From assembly GCA_964584335.1 (NCBI GenBank), contig CAZOZN010000001.1, positions 275,882 through 339,881 of the forward strand: a stretch of 64,000 nt of DNA, read 5' to 3'. The position numbers and the translations under genes are program-made. Source of the DNA: an uncultured archaeon. GTDB taxonomy: Archaea; Aenigmatarchaeota; Aenigmatarchaeia; PWEA01; JAGHBM01. Within the stretch, counting starts at the first letter, position 1. Each line of letters starts with the position of its first letter. Of this stretch, positions 45,888 to 56,531 are shown piece by piece. A model generated the notes under the pieces. It saw only the letters and a program-made list of their open reading frames with translations. It was not told the DNA's origin and made no database searches.

Positions 45888-47765
45888 TTGAAGCTTTCAA
45901 AGAGCGATTACAACTGTCTCAACTACTTTTCTTCAAAAATCAGACACTATATTATAGACGAGATAATAGAAGCTCAATCCGGTCATCCCGGGGGCAGTCT
46001 CTCGGCTGCGGACATAACATCTGTTCTCTACGGTAAGGAAATGAAATACGACCCAAGCAATCCAAAAAGACCGGACAGAGACAGGTTAATATTCTCAAAA
46101 GGTCATGGTGTTCCGGCTCAATATGCGGCTCTTGCAACCACGGGTTACTTTGAAAAAGAAAAGTTAAAGACATTGAGAAACTACGGAAGCCCCCTGCAGG
46201 GACATCCGGAAAAGTCAACTCCCGGAATAGATGCCAACACGGGGTCGCTTGGAATGGGATTATCCGCTGGATTGGGCATGAACTTGGGGAAATGCCTTGA
46301 AAAAAGAGACTACCATACATTTGTTTTAATAGGAGATGGAGAGACCAACGAAGGGCAGGTCTGGGAAGCACTTGACCACGGTGCGGTACTCGAACTGAAA
46401 GACACAACTCCTATAATAGACAGAAACCAGTACCAGATAGACGGGCATATAAACGAAGTTTCTGCTGGAGATTTGGTAGAAAAAATAAGCTCTTTTGGCT
46501 GGGAGACCATAAAAATAGACGGGCATGACATCAATCAAATTTATAATGCACTCGAATACTCAAGGAACACTCCGCATCCGACAGCAATAGTCGCAGACAC
46601 AATAAAGGGAAAAGGAGTAAGTTTCATGGAAAATAATCCTTACTGGCATGGCAGACCGCCAAAGGGTGAAAAAGCAGAGATTGCAAAAAAAGAGATTGGA
46701 GAAGAAATAGAAAAATGGGGCAATTTGGTTGATGAGAATGAATGGAATGAATTTATAGAAAAAGCAAAAAACAAGCTTCCAAAAAAGATACCATACAAAA
46801 AATTCAGTAAGTATAATATTCCGAAAAAGGAAAGTTACGAAAAAGGAAAGCTATATTCAATGAGAACTGTTTCCGGTGACTACATCTACGAGATGGCAAA
46901 GAAAAATAAAGACATATGCACTATGGTATGTGACTTAAAGGATTCTGTAAAATTAACAAAATGCTGCAATACAGGAAGGCATTCGGAAATCGGCATAAGG
47001 GAATCTCATATGTTCAGTTTTGCCTCGGGACTATCAGAAGAATATACCGTAATTCCTTCGACTTTTGATGTATTCATACCAAAAGGTTATGACCAGATAA
47101 GAATGATGTCGAAATCAAAAGACAATGTAAAGATATACACTACACACGGGGGAGTTAATGTGGGTAAGGACGGTTTCTCACACCAATCAAGAGTAACCCC
47201 TTTGCTGATGTATGACCTTCCGAATGTTAACACATGGGAACCGATTAAGCCAAGCGATATATCCCAGATTTGGGATATAGAAATGGATAGAAATGGTATG
47301 GCTTACATAAGGACACCAAGACACAGGTCAAAAGAAACGGGAGAAAAATATTCAGTAAATAATTATGAGGGAGTTTATAAACTCAAAGAAGAAGAAAAAC
47401 CTGATCTGGTTTTTGCCGGAATAGGTTACCTTGCGACCCATTGTTTTGATGCCTCAAAAGAACTGGAAAAAATTGGGATAAAATCAAAAGTTCTTGGAAT
47501 AAACAACTACAAGCTTGCAAAGAAAAACAAAAAGTGGACTGAAGAAATACCTCCCGATGTTCCAGTAATGAGTTATCATGATGCAACTTCTGTTCTGGCC
47601 GAAAATATAATAAGGGGTTCAATTCCATCAAAAAATAAAAATGAAATGTATTTCTGGGGAGTGGATGAGTTTGGGGAGTCCGGAGACATAAAAGACCTTT
47701 GGAAAAAATATGGCTTTGACAAAGAAAGTATGGTAAAAAGTGCAAGAAAAATAACAGGAAAGTAA
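45888..47765 (+). CDS. tkt: Transketolase (single-chain)
   Basis: SGHPGGSLS, SKGH, LQGHP, TGSLG, GDGE...N TPP motif and DGFSHQ. Confidence 0.9.
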   Translation: MKLSKSDYNCLNYFSSKIRHYIIDEIIEAQSGHPGGSLSAADITSVLYGKEMKYDPSNPKRPDRDRLIFSKGHGVPAQYAALATTGYFEKEKLKTLRNYGSPLQGHPEKSTPGIDANTGSLGMGLSAGLGMNLGKCLEKRDYHTFVLIGDGETNEGQVWEALDHGAVLELKDTTPIIDRNQYQIDGHINEVSAGDLVEKISSFGWETIKIDGHDINQIYNALEYSRNTPHPTAIVADTIKGKGVSFMENNPYWHGRPPKGEKAEIAKKEIGEEIEKWGNLVDENEWNEFIEKAKNKLPKKIPYKKFSKYNIPKKESYEKGKLYSMRTVSGDYIYEMAKKNKDICTMVCDLKDSVKLTKCCNTGRHSEIGIRESHMFSFASGLSEEYTVIPSTFDVFIPKGYDQIRMMSKSKDNVKIYTTHGGVNVGKDGFSHQSRVTPLLMYDLPNVNTWEPIKPSDISQIWDIEMDRNGMAYIRTPRHRSKETGEKYSVNNYEGVYKLKEEEKPDLVFAGIGYLATHCFDASKELEKIGIKSKVLGINNYKLAKKNKKWTEEIPPDVPVMSYHDATSVLAENIIRGSIPSKNKNEMYFWGVDEFGESGDIKDLWKKYGFDKESMVKSARKITGK

Positions 47766-47804
47766 AGCAACAATCAATTTAAATATTTAAAATATTATTT
47801 CTGT

Positions 47805-48446
47805 TTGATGACAGTAAAAGATGTTTTGCAAAACTTTAGCGAGGCAGACCTAATATGCTATCCGGAAATAGTGGACCTTGAAGTTTATAGGGAATTTTTA
47901 AAACCAAATATTGAACCCAGAGAAGAACCAAACGGCATGGTTGTTGGTGCCTTGTTTGACTGGGAGGCATCAGTAATTAAGAATTTCTTTGAAAGGGAAT
48001 ACGGCATAAAAAAAGAAAAAACAAAAGTGGCAGGTTGCAGCCTTGAAAACAGAACTATTTTCAATAAGGAAAAGGCTTTTGACTACCTAAAAACAGGAAG
48101 AATAGAGGGTGATGCATCATACTGCAATCTTTGGCTGGATTCTTTGAACAAAATGAAAATTAAAAATTTCAGTTATGATTTAGTTTCAATAAGAAACCCT
48201 GACCTTGTAAATATTGATAACTGGACAAAGGTTTATCTAAAGTCATTGGAATACCTTGAGCCAAAAGAAGGAGCACTAATTACCTTGATAAGAGAAGAAG
48301 ACGTTGAAAGATATGAAAAAGTAGAAAAAAATATAAAAAAAATATCAGGAATAGAACCTGTTTTATATGGTGAAACAGGAGTAGAGTATAAAGACGCTTG
48401 GATTAACCCACAGCACACAATAGGCATATTTAAGAACTCCTATTGA
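47805..48446 (+). CDS. Hypothetical protein (possible degenerate methyltransferase fold)
   Basis: 213 aa; IEGDA...YDLVSIRNP...LEPKEG pattern is only suggestive. Confidence 0.5.
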   Translation: MMTVKDVLQNFSEADLICYPEIVDLEVYREFLKPNIEPREEPNGMVVGALFDWEASVIKNFFEREYGIKKEKTKVAGCSLENRTIFNKEKAFDYLKTGRIEGDASYCNLWLDSLNKMKIKNFSYDLVSIRNPDLVNIDNWTKVYLKSLEYLEPKEGALITLIREEDVERYEKVEKNIKKISGIEPVLYGETGVEYKDAWINPQHTIGIFKNSY

Positions 48447-48491
48447 CTAAACCTTAAATAATACCGACACTAATTTTCTCTGGGTGTTTAA

Positions 48492-50213
48492 ATGAGCGAT
48501 AACATAAGACAGCCTATAATATCTGTACTGGGACATGTAGACCATGGAAAAACAACAATATTAGACAATATAAGAAAGAGTACAGTAGCATCCGGCGAGG
48601 CGGGAGGCATAACCCAGCACATAGGAGCAACTGAAATACCGCTTGATATAATAAAAAAAATATGCGGCTGTCTCGTTGACAAGAGCAAAATAAAAATACC
48701 GGGCCTTCTCTTTATAGACACTCCGGGACACGAAGCATTTACAACACTCAGAAAAAGAGGCGGTAGCATAGCAGACCTGGCAGTTCTCGTAGTTGACGTT
48801 AATGACGGTTTCAAGCCTCAGACAGAAGAAAGCTTAATGTTTCTAAAAGAATTTAAAACACCATTCGTAATAGCAGCCAATAAAATCGATACTATTATGG
48901 GGTGGAAAAACAACAATACAAAGTCTTTTACAGAATCTTACAACAAACAAAGTGATTCCGTAAAGAGAGAACTCGACAATAAAGTTTATAATATATTGGG
49001 TTCTTTAAGTGAAAAAAGCATAAACTCCGAGAGATTTGACAGGGTATCGGACTTTAAAAACACCGTAGCAATAGTTCCCGTATCAGGTATAACAGGAGAA
49101 GGCATAGGAGAACTTTTGATGACTCTGATAGGATTATCCCAGCACTTTTTAAAAAATAAGATAGAGGTAAAAGAAAATAACGGTTATGGTAACGTTCTAG
49201 AAATAAAAGAAGTAAAGGGACTGGGAAAAACCTTGGATATTATACTATACGACGGTAAAATAGAGAAAGGAGATTTCCTTGTAATAGGAGCGGAAGAGCC
49301 CATAGTAACAACCGTAAAGGCGCTACTAAAACCGAGAGAGATGGGAGAACTGAGAGTAGAAAAGAAGTTCAACTACATAGACAGTGTCACTGCAGCTTCT
49401 GGGATAAAAATAGCAGCTCCAAACATAGACTGTGTAATACCCGGCTCTCCCATAAGGACTTGCAAAAAAGAACATCTGGAAATAATGAAAGAAGAACTCA
49501 GAAAGGAGGTAGAATCAGTAGAAATAGAAACAGAAAAAGAAGGCGTAATGATAAAGGCTGACACGCTGGGTTCTTTAGAAGGCTTGATAAAGGTGTTGAA
49601 GGATAAGGAAATACCCATAAGAAAAGCAAAGATAGGTTGCGTAAATAAGTGCGATACTATGGAGATGAATTCTCTTAGGGACACGATAAACAGAGTAATT
49701 TTTGCTTTCAATGTAAGTGTACTGCCCGAAGCAAAGGATTGTGAAAATGTTAAGATTTTTGAAAGCCCTATAATATACAAACTAATAGAAAATTATGAAG
49801 ACTGGAAAGAGGAAAAGAAAAACGAGAAAGAGAGAAAGAAACTTTCAAGCGTAACCAGACCCGGCAAGATAAAAATACTTCCGGGATATATATTCAGAGC
49901 TTCGAATCCTGCAATTGTAGGAGTTGATGTGGTTGGTGGTGTTATAAAACCGGGTTATTCTCTTGTCAAAGAGGGGAAAATAGTTGGAAGTATAAAACAA
50001 ATACAGAAAGAAGGATGTAATGTCTCAGAGGCAAAATACGGGGATAAGCTGGCTGTTTCTATAGAAGGTCCCACGGTAGGCAGGCAGATAAAAGAAGGCG
50101 ACGAACTCTACAATGCAATGAGCAGGGAAAATATGAAAAAACTTGAAGAAATGAAAAATTTGCTATCTAAAACTGAATTGGATGTACTTGAAGAAGTAAA
50201 AGACATGATTTAA
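48492..50213 (+). CDS. infB: Translation initiation factor aIF5B (IF-2)
   Basis: GHVDHGKT, GGITQHIGA, DTPGHEAF and NKID; no intein visible. Confidence 0.96.
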   Translation: MSDNIRQPIISVLGHVDHGKTTILDNIRKSTVASGEAGGITQHIGATEIPLDIIKKICGCLVDKSKIKIPGLLFIDTPGHEAFTTLRKRGGSIADLAVLVVDVNDGFKPQTEESLMFLKEFKTPFVIAANKIDTIMGWKNNNTKSFTESYNKQSDSVKRELDNKVYNILGSLSEKSINSERFDRVSDFKNTVAIVPVSGITGEGIGELLMTLIGLSQHFLKNKIEVKENNGYGNVLEIKEVKGLGKTLDIILYDGKIEKGDFLVIGAEEPIVTTVKALLKPREMGELRVEKKFNYIDSVTAASGIKIAAPNIDCVIPGSPIRTCKKEHLEIMKEELRKEVESVEIETEKEGVMIKADTLGSLEGLIKVLKDKEIPIRKAKIGCVNKCDTMEMNSLRDTINRVIFAFNVSVLPEAKDCENVKIFESPIIYKLIENYEDWKEEKKNEKERKKLSSVTRPGKIKILPGYIFRASNPAIVGVDVVGGVIKPGYSLVKEGKIVGSIKQIQKEGCNVSEAKYGDKLAVSIEGPTVGRQIKEGDELYNAMSRENMKKLEEMKNLLSKTELDVLEEVKDMI

Positions 50214-50214
50214 T

Positions 50215-50505
50215 CTAGTTATGTAATTCATTAAAATGATACTTGTCCAACTTAATAAACTCGTTCTTACTAAGCTTAATTTTGTCAGAGCTTACGTATC
50301 CGTTGTTCTTGTTTGAGGTTTCGTAAAATTCTTTTTCAGTCTTTTCAAGGCCGTCCTCAAGAGACCAACAGAACTTAAGAAGAGGCTTCCTGTCCTTTTC
50401 TACAAATCCCCTAATCTTTTCAATTTCACCTTTCCTTCTCTTCATTAGAGTTTCGTAGTCAACAATTTCATACTTAACGAAATAATCCGTATCCATTATC
50501 ATCAC
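50215..50505 (-). CDS. Hypothetical protein
   Basis: 96-aa ORF with AGGTGA near the start. Confidence 0.5.
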   Translation of the reverse strand: MMIMDTDYFVKYEIVDYETLMKRRKGEIEKIRGFVEKDRKPLLKFCWSLEDGLEKTEKEFYETSNKNNGYVSSDKIKLSKNEFIKLDKYHFNELHN

Positions 50506-50589
50506 CTAAATTTACAGAATCAAAAGTATGTAAAGAAAGGTATTTAAAACTATTGATAAAAACAAACCTGGTCCAAAAAATTAAAGGAC

Positions 50590-50808
50590 CTAAAGTTTAT
50601 GGTAATTATATTCTGTTTGATTTTCTTTATCGTATACAACAGCACTCTTGAATTGGCCATTATCGTATAAATTTTGTCCGAATTTGTTTTCGAGGTTGTA
50701 TATCTTATTCCATTCTCCAACTACCTCACCGAATGTACCAATATGTTTATTAATTTCGTTGAGCCTGTCGCCAAACTTGTCCGAAACAACAGAGTATTCT
50801 TTTTCCAT
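50590..50808 (-). CDS. Hypothetical protein
   Basis: 72-aa ORF with GGGGTGG SD-like site. Confidence 0.5.
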   Translation of the reverse strand: MEKEYSVVSDKFGDRLNEINKHIGTFGEVVGEWNKIYNLENKFGQNLYDNGQFKSAVVYDKENQTEYNYHKL

Positions 50809-50917
50809 TATTTACCACCCCACAGTAACAGTATTAGTAAAACTGGTATATAAAGTTAACTGTTACCTAAAAGTAGTGAAATATATATACTATAATATGC
50901 AAACAATAAATGATAAT

Positions 50918-51436
50918 ATGGTAAAAGGAGAGCCAAAAATTGTTGCAAGAAAAATATTGGAAGTGCCGGAAACCAAAAGATGGTTAATCGAGGTACCTTT
51001 AAAGGTTTATCGTTTTGACTCAGGCAGAGACCCGGAAGGATACAGACACCTCGAAGAATCTGCAAAAAAGTCTATTGAAATGATGGCCGAATCAGGAAAT
51101 TTGTGTGAAGTTGGAATAGGTTCCGTATACGGTTATGAAACAAAAGAAGGTTATGTAGATGGTGCGGCACTGGGTTTTATAAGAAAAAATCCTAGAAACA
51201 AAACCAACCCCATGTACCATCCTTGGACATGGGAAAACGGAAGAGAGCTTCACGTTGGCAAAGAAGGCTCTAACTGCAGAAAAGAAGTAGCCGATATAAT
51301 AAGCTCGGAAATTAATTTTCACAGGGAATGTGACGGATATTTGTACAGATATTTGTCTGAATTTGCATGTCAAACTGATTTAGAGTTCGAAGATATTGAA
51401 AGGGGAGACAATCCTTTCTCTTTAGAAAAAGCTTAA
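50918..51436 (+). CDS. Hypothetical protein
   Basis: Coding-like 3' part of track ORF 50648..51436; start likely ATG 50918 or 50897. Confidence 0.55.
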   Translation: MVKGEPKIVARKILEVPETKRWLIEVPLKVYRFDSGRDPEGYRHLEESAKKSIEMMAESGNLCEVGIGSVYGYETKEGYVDGAALGFIRKNPRNKTNPMYHPWTWENGRELHVGKEGSNCRKEVADIISSEINFHRECDGYLYRYLSEFACQTDLEFEDIERGDNPFSLEKA

Positions 51437-51460
51437 ATATCTTTTGACTTAATTGTCTAC

Positions 51461-51988
51461 ATGCAAAAAAATTCCATAATTGTCGGTTTTGGACCTGAAG
51501 ATATGGAAAAAAATGAATATAGGAACTTGTACAAAGACAAATTTAATTCTCTTTTTGCTACAAAGAAGAAAGCTAAAGAAATAGACAGTGTGAGCGCATT
51601 TTATGATGAATTGTTTTTAAAAAAATACGTTCAAAAGGACGCGAAAATGGCTGTCTGGGACGGACCGGATAAAAGACATCTTTATGCAAGAGACTCTATG
51701 CTAGACAGCGCGGTATATGTTGATTATCTGGACGAGACGCCCTTTGCTGAATTTCGCTTTTTAAGGGATAAGAGTGGTAAAGATTTGATTAGAAAAGATA
51801 TAGAAAAATTCTATGAAGATTTGGGATTCGGATTCAAAACTTACGAGCTGCCCGAGGAACAATTTTCAAAAATAAGAAACGAAATGATAGAAAAAAAGGA
51901 CTTTTGCATAGTCTGTTATACAGTTAAAAACGGCGGGTATGAAGCTAGAATGCTTGATGAATCATGCAATTTTAGAAATTCTAATTAA
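51461..51988 (+). CDS. Hypothetical protein
   Basis: 175-aa ORF, no motif. Confidence 0.55.
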   Translation: MQKNSIIVGFGPEDMEKNEYRNLYKDKFNSLFATKKKAKEIDSVSAFYDELFLKKYVQKDAKMAVWDGPDKRHLYARDSMLDSAVYVDYLDETPFAEFRFLRDKSGKDLIRKDIEKFYEDLGFGFKTYELPEEQFSKIRNEMIEKKDFCIVCYTVKNGGYEARMLDESCNFRNSN

Positions 51989-52054
51989 AACAAATATCCC
52001 AAAAATCTTTAAATATATAACTAAATTAATGTATGAAGTATTGAAGGTGTTAAA

Positions 52055-52681
52055 ATGTTTAAATTTATTATACCGTTAAAAGAGGGGAAATCTACTCAGA
52101 TTGAGAAAGACGCACCATCGCTTACGGGAATGAAGATGGGAGAAAAATTTGACGGTTCAATTATAGGACTTACAGACTATACATTGCAGATATCAGGAGG
52201 TAGTGATAAGGAAGGTTTTCCTATGAGAAAAGATTTGCCCGGAACAGGTAGAAAAAGAGCACTTCTTGTTGGCGGAGTAGGCTGTAAAGGAAGGAAAAAG
52301 GGAATTAGAATAAGAAAGACCGTAAGAGGCAACAGAATAGGAGAAGATATATCCCAAATAAACATAAAAATAGTAGAAAAAGGCAAAAAGAGTGTTGAAG
52401 AACTTCTTGGCTTGGAGAAAGAGGAGAAGCCTAAAGAAGAGCCGGACAAAAAAGAATCTAAAGAAGAAGAAAAGAAACCAGAGAAGGAAGAAAAACCTGA
52501 AGAGAAGAAAGAGGAAAAACCTGAAAAAGAGCCTGAGGAAAAGAAAGAAGAACCAAAAAAAGAGGAAAAGAAAGAGAAAAAGGATAAAGAAAAAGAAGAA
52601 CCAAAAAAGGAAACTTCCAAAGAGGACAAGAAAACAGAAAAGAAAGAAGAACCCAAGGAAGAAAAGGATGAGAAAAAGTAG
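52055..52681 (+). CDS. rps6e: Ribosomal protein S6e with ~85-aa Lys/Glu/Pro tail
   Basis: LQISGGSDKEGFPMRKD...RKTVRGN...QINIK. Confidence 0.95.
   Translation: MFKFIIPLKEGKSTQIEKDAPSLTGMKMGEKFDGSIIGLTDYTLQISGGSDKEGFPMRKDLPGTGRKRALLVGGVGCKGRKKGIRIRKTVRGNRIGEDISQINIKIVEKGKKSVEELLGLEKEEKPKEEPDKKESKEEEKKPEKEEKPEEKKEEKPEKEPEEKKEEPKKEEKKEKKDKEKEEPKKETSKEDKKTEKKEEPKEEKDEKK
52424..52650 (+). repeat. Tail cassette copy 1 (227 bp), direct repeat of 61944-62167
   Basis: Hand alignment: identical except 4 G/A substitutions and one 3-bp (GAA) indel. Confidence 0.92.
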
Positions 52682-52753
52682 CTAATTCTAGCTTAACGGC
52701 TTCTTTATGCAAACTTATAAAAGCCTTAATACATTAATCTTTAAAGTGTTTTT

Positions 52754-53968
52754 ATGAAAAAAGACGGCGGAGTAAATATAGGTTTGTTCGGTCACGTAGA
52801 CCATGGAAAAACAACAATAACCGAAGCACTCACGGGAAAGTGGGCTGATGCACACAGCGAGGAAATGAAAAGAGGCATAACAATAAGGCTCGGTTATGCA
52901 GAAACTACTATTTACAAATGCCCGAAATGCGAAGAACCTAACTGTTATTCTACAACTAAAAAATGCCCCACATGTTTTGGGGATACAAAGCCTCTCAGGA
53001 CAATTTCTTTTGTCGACGCGCCTGGACATAACGCACTAATGGCAACAGTATTATCCGGAGCTTCTCTTATAGACGGTGCTTTGCTCATAATATCAGCAGA
53101 TGAAAAATGCCCTCAACCACAAACAGCCGAACACCTGACTACACTGGACATAGTAGGAATAAAAAATATAATAATAGTACAGAATAAGATAGACAGGGTA
53201 AGCAAGGATGAGGTAATTCAGAACTACAAACAGATTAAAAAATTCGTAAAAGGGACCGTAGCTGAAAATTCTCCAATAATTCCAATATCGGCACTGCAAA
53301 AAATAAACATAGACGCTTTGCTCAAGTCGATAGAAGAAAACATACCGACACCGGAAAGAGACCTAAAGGCCGACCCAAAGATGTTCATAGCAAGAAGTTT
53401 TGATGTCAATAAACCCGGTAGCGAGATAGAAAAAATTATTGGAGGTATAATGGGCGGATCTCTTACCAAGGGAAAACTTTCAATAGGAGATAAAATAGAA
53501 ATAAAACCAGGAGTAAAGATAAAAGACAGTTACATGCCTCTTAAAACAGAAATAACTACACTACAAAAATTTGGAAAAAAGCTAAAAGAAGTCGGCCCCG
53601 GAGGGCTTATAGCTGTAGGCACAAAGCTAGACCCTTCACTTACAAAAAGCGACTTTCTGACAGGAAATATTGCCGGTAAAGAAGGAAAGCTGCCCCCGAA
53701 CTGGGAAAAATTGACCCTTGAAGTTAATCTACTAAAAAATGTAGTAGGTACTGAAGAGAAAATGGAAGTAAAAAACATAAATACAAACGAGCCGTTAATG
53801 ATAACTTCAGGAACAGGAAGAACCGTAGGCCTGGTTACTTCGGGAAGAAAAAAGGAAATTGACTTAAACTTAAAGGCTCCGATTTGCGCTGAAAAGGATG
53901 ATAAAATAGCACTCTTCAGGCAAGTTGGTGGTAGATGGAGACTTATAGGATACGGAATAATAAAATAA
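52754..53968 (+). CDS. eif2g: Translation initiation factor aIF2 gamma
   Basis: GHVDHGKT, RGITIRLGYA, Zn knuckle, DAPGH, NKID and RWRLIGYG. Confidence 0.96.
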   Translation: MKKDGGVNIGLFGHVDHGKTTITEALTGKWADAHSEEMKRGITIRLGYAETTIYKCPKCEEPNCYSTTKKCPTCFGDTKPLRTISFVDAPGHNALMATVLSGASLIDGALLIISADEKCPQPQTAEHLTTLDIVGIKNIIIVQNKIDRVSKDEVIQNYKQIKKFVKGTVAENSPIIPISALQKINIDALLKSIEENIPTPERDLKADPKMFIARSFDVNKPGSEIEKIIGGIMGGSLTKGKLSIGDKIEIKPGVKIKDSYMPLKTEITTLQKFGKKLKEVGPGGLIAVGTKLDPSLTKSDFLTGNIAGKEGKLPPNWEKLTLEVNLLKNVVGTEEKMEVKNINTNEPLMITSGTGRTVGLVTSGRKKEIDLNLKAPICAEKDDKIALFRQVGGRWRLIGYGIIK

Positions 53969-54904
53969 CTACTCTAAAACTTTAACATCATCTACTTTAC
54001 CGTCGCCATCACGGTCCAGTCCTCTTATAACCGTGTAAAAATCTTTGTTCTTGTTGAACCCCTTGAGAACTTTCTTGTACTGTTGTGTAAGAGCAAGTAT
54101 GCAAGCCTTGGTGCCCTCAAATTTAAGACCTGACAAAAGTATTATTTTTTTGTTCTTGTCCCATGGATTTGTTATCCTTGCTATAAGTCCATCTGTGTCC
54201 CCGCTGTAAGTGCCTTTTTTAGACTTTATGACCCATGATTTTTCCCAATTAAATCTTATTTTCATATTTTCATTCAAGTCTGAACAAACCATATTGGCAA
54301 GCGGACCACCAATTACAACAAGATTTCTTTTATGAGACTCTTCGGCTTTGAACTCCGTATCTAACTTAACTATGAAACGGTTGCCGGTAGAACATAATTT
54401 ACCCAAGAAAAAAGCAAGTTGAGCAGAGTAGTGTCCGTCTCTTGAAGTAGTAAGAAATGGGCCATGTTCGGTTGGAGAACCGACTACTATGGAACCGTCG
54501 AAAAAACCATCTTCAACGAAACCGTAAAAGAAATCCTTTAACCTTGTATCGGAATCAACTTGGTTAAGATTTATTTCAGTCTCACCCCCGCTTAACTCAA
54601 AACCGAAGGCGCTTGCAGAAGGTGCAAAAAACTTACAGACCGCTCCGTGTCTGCTTTCCTCTCTTACAACCTCTATAAGACCCGCATTTAGCATCTTATT
54701 GATATGATAGTAAATCTTCTGTTCATGTATTTTGAGTTTTTTGGCCAGTTCATTCGGATACATCGGTTTTTCATTTAGTCTTCTTATGATATTCCAGGCC
54801 ATCTTACTTGAAACGGTAGAAAGCTTTTTGGGGCTTTCGAATATTTCTATACTTTTTGAGTAGTGTTTACCTTTCTTTTCATCGACCAGTATTTTCTTTG
54901 ACAT
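53969..54904 (-). CDS. ArsR-like HTH transcriptional regulator with C-terminal ligand-binding/S-layer-C-like domain
   Basis: PMYPNELAKKLKIHEQKIYYH HTH; NLVVIGGPLAN; DRDGDGKVDD. Confidence 0.75.
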   Translation of the reverse strand: MSKKILVDEKKGKHYSKSIEIFESPKKLSTVSSKMAWNIIRRLNEKPMYPNELAKKLKIHEQKIYYHINKMLNAGLIEVVREESRHGAVCKFFAPSASAFGFELSGGETEINLNQVDSDTRLKDFFYGFVEDGFFDGSIVVGSPTEHGPFLTTSRDGHYSAQLAFFLGKLCSTGNRFIVKLDTEFKAEESHKRNLVVIGGPLANMVCSDLNENMKIRFNWEKSWVIKSKKGTYSGDTDGLIARITNPWDKNKKIILLSGLKFEGTKACILALTQQYKKVLKGFNKNKDFYTVIRGLDRDGDGKVDDVKVLE

Positions 54905-55074
54905 AATTAACTCCTAGATTATATTTTGATAATACATATATAAGTGTTTTTATAATAGTAGAATATCCATTATAAATAGTTTTTAAATATTAATCTAAAT
55001 AAAAAAATAAAAAATGCATATTTTAAAAATCAATTAAAATAAAAATTAAATACCGTAATAGGCAAAATCTATAC

Positions 55075-56217
55075 ATGAAAATAAAAGATTACAAAAAATT
55101 CACAGAAATATCAGCCGTTTTTCTTTTTGCGACATTTCTTTTCAATCCAATACTTTCACCATACATGAAAAGCATAGGATTCAGTGAAATTGAAATGAGT
55201 GTTCTTTTTTCTTTCCTGCCCCTATCAATGATAATATTCTCTCCTTTAATGGGAAAATTATCGGACCTGACAAGCAGAAGGCATGTGATAATCATAGGGA
55301 TAGTTTTAGAGATAATTGCAATAACCCTGTACATATTCGGTAAATCTGTATTCTTGTTTGGTATTGCAAGAGTCTTAGATGCCGTAGGTTATTCGACTGT
55401 CGTTTTGATTTCCTTGGCAAAGGTGGAGGACAGTATAGGCTCAAAAAAAAGAGGAGAATATACTGGTTGGACGGAAACGATAAAATTTTCAGGAAAAATA
55501 ATAGCACCGGTTATAGGAGCCATATTGGCAGACTATTATTTTATAGAAGCGCCTTTCTTCATATCAATCTTCATACTAATTTTTATGTTTGTTTTTCTTT
55601 TCAAGAGAGAAAGATTGCCAAAACTGGCAAAAAAACCATTAAATCCATTGGAAGAGATAAGAGACTTCCTGCATTACAAAAAACTAAGAGGAATGGCCAT
55701 ATTAGGAATAGTAGTTCACGGAGCACATCCTGGTATAAGCCTTTTTTTGCCTCTTTTCATAGTATATGAAATGGGTCTTGGGCTGAGTTTGGTTGGAATT
55801 TCATTTTTCATACTAGAGTTTATGCATATTTTTCAATTCTGGTTTGGCAAACAATCTGACAGGAAAGGAGCATGGAAACTCGTAATTTTGGGTTGCATGA
55901 TAATGAGTCTGGGTATCGGCCTATTATACATCACAAATTCATTCATTACATTAGCTCTATTTCTATTCATACAAGGAATAGGAAGGTCAATCTGGAATGT
56001 CTCTGCGTGGAGCCTTATGTCAAAAATAGGGGAGGAAAATAAAAGAGAAGGTGAAATAGCTGCTTCGTATGCATCTATAGCCAAAATAGGTTCATTTGTA
56101 AGTTTTTTAATAAGTGGTGTTTTCGTATCTTACTTCGGCATTAAAAATCTGTTTATGGTAAACAGTATTTTGATAATTTTGGGTGTTTTTCTCTCTTACT
56201 ATTATCTTAAAGACTGA
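55075..56217 (+). CDS. MFS transporter
   Basis: GKLSDLTSRR and GKQSDRKG motif A; about 12 TM. Confidence 0.9.
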   Translation: MKIKDYKKFTEISAVFLFATFLFNPILSPYMKSIGFSEIEMSVLFSFLPLSMIIFSPLMGKLSDLTSRRHVIIIGIVLEIIAITLYIFGKSVFLFGIARVLDAVGYSTVVLISLAKVEDSIGSKKRGEYTGWTETIKFSGKIIAPVIGAILADYYFIEAPFFISIFILIFMFVFLFKRERLPKLAKKPLNPLEEIRDFLHYKKLRGMAILGIVVHGAHPGISLFLPLFIVYEMGLGLSLVGISFFILEFMHIFQFWFGKQSDRKGAWKLVILGCMIMSLGIGLLYITNSFITLALFLFIQGIGRSIWNVSAWSLMSKIGEENKREGEIAASYASIAKIGSFVSFLISGVFVSYFGIKNLFMVNSILIILGVFLSYYYLKD

Positions 56218-56531
56218 TTCAGAAATAAAGAAAAGTTTAAATACTTAACGGTAGTAACATTATTTACCCAAACACCACACCCAAATCGAGGCATGCTTGC
56301 CGATGAGATTTTTCCCTCTAACTTATTTTATTATAATATATTTTTTACTGCAACTTTCCGGTAGTTTCAAATTATAATTAAATTTAAAAACCGTTCAATA
56401 ACGGGTCTTAATTTATTTTAAACTATATTAAACAAAATTACACCACTAGTAAAATATTTTTAATGGTTTAAGTGCCTTTTTAATCAACATTTTAAATACC
56501 TAAAATCTTATTATCAAAAACGGTGGATATA

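Noticed and set aside
45888-47765. Single-chain transketolase, often split in archaea
   Set aside because: Fused forms are widespread and nothing else unusual is supportable from the sequence alone
52392-52685. Alternative-frame Lys/Arg-rich ORF inside rps6e
   Set aside because: A by-product of the same A/G-rich sequence; no SD and no slippery-site evidence beyond generic A-runs
56218-56531. Possible glmS ribozyme upstream of glmS
   Set aside because: The conserved AGCGCC...GACGAGG core and pseudoknot pairings were not found
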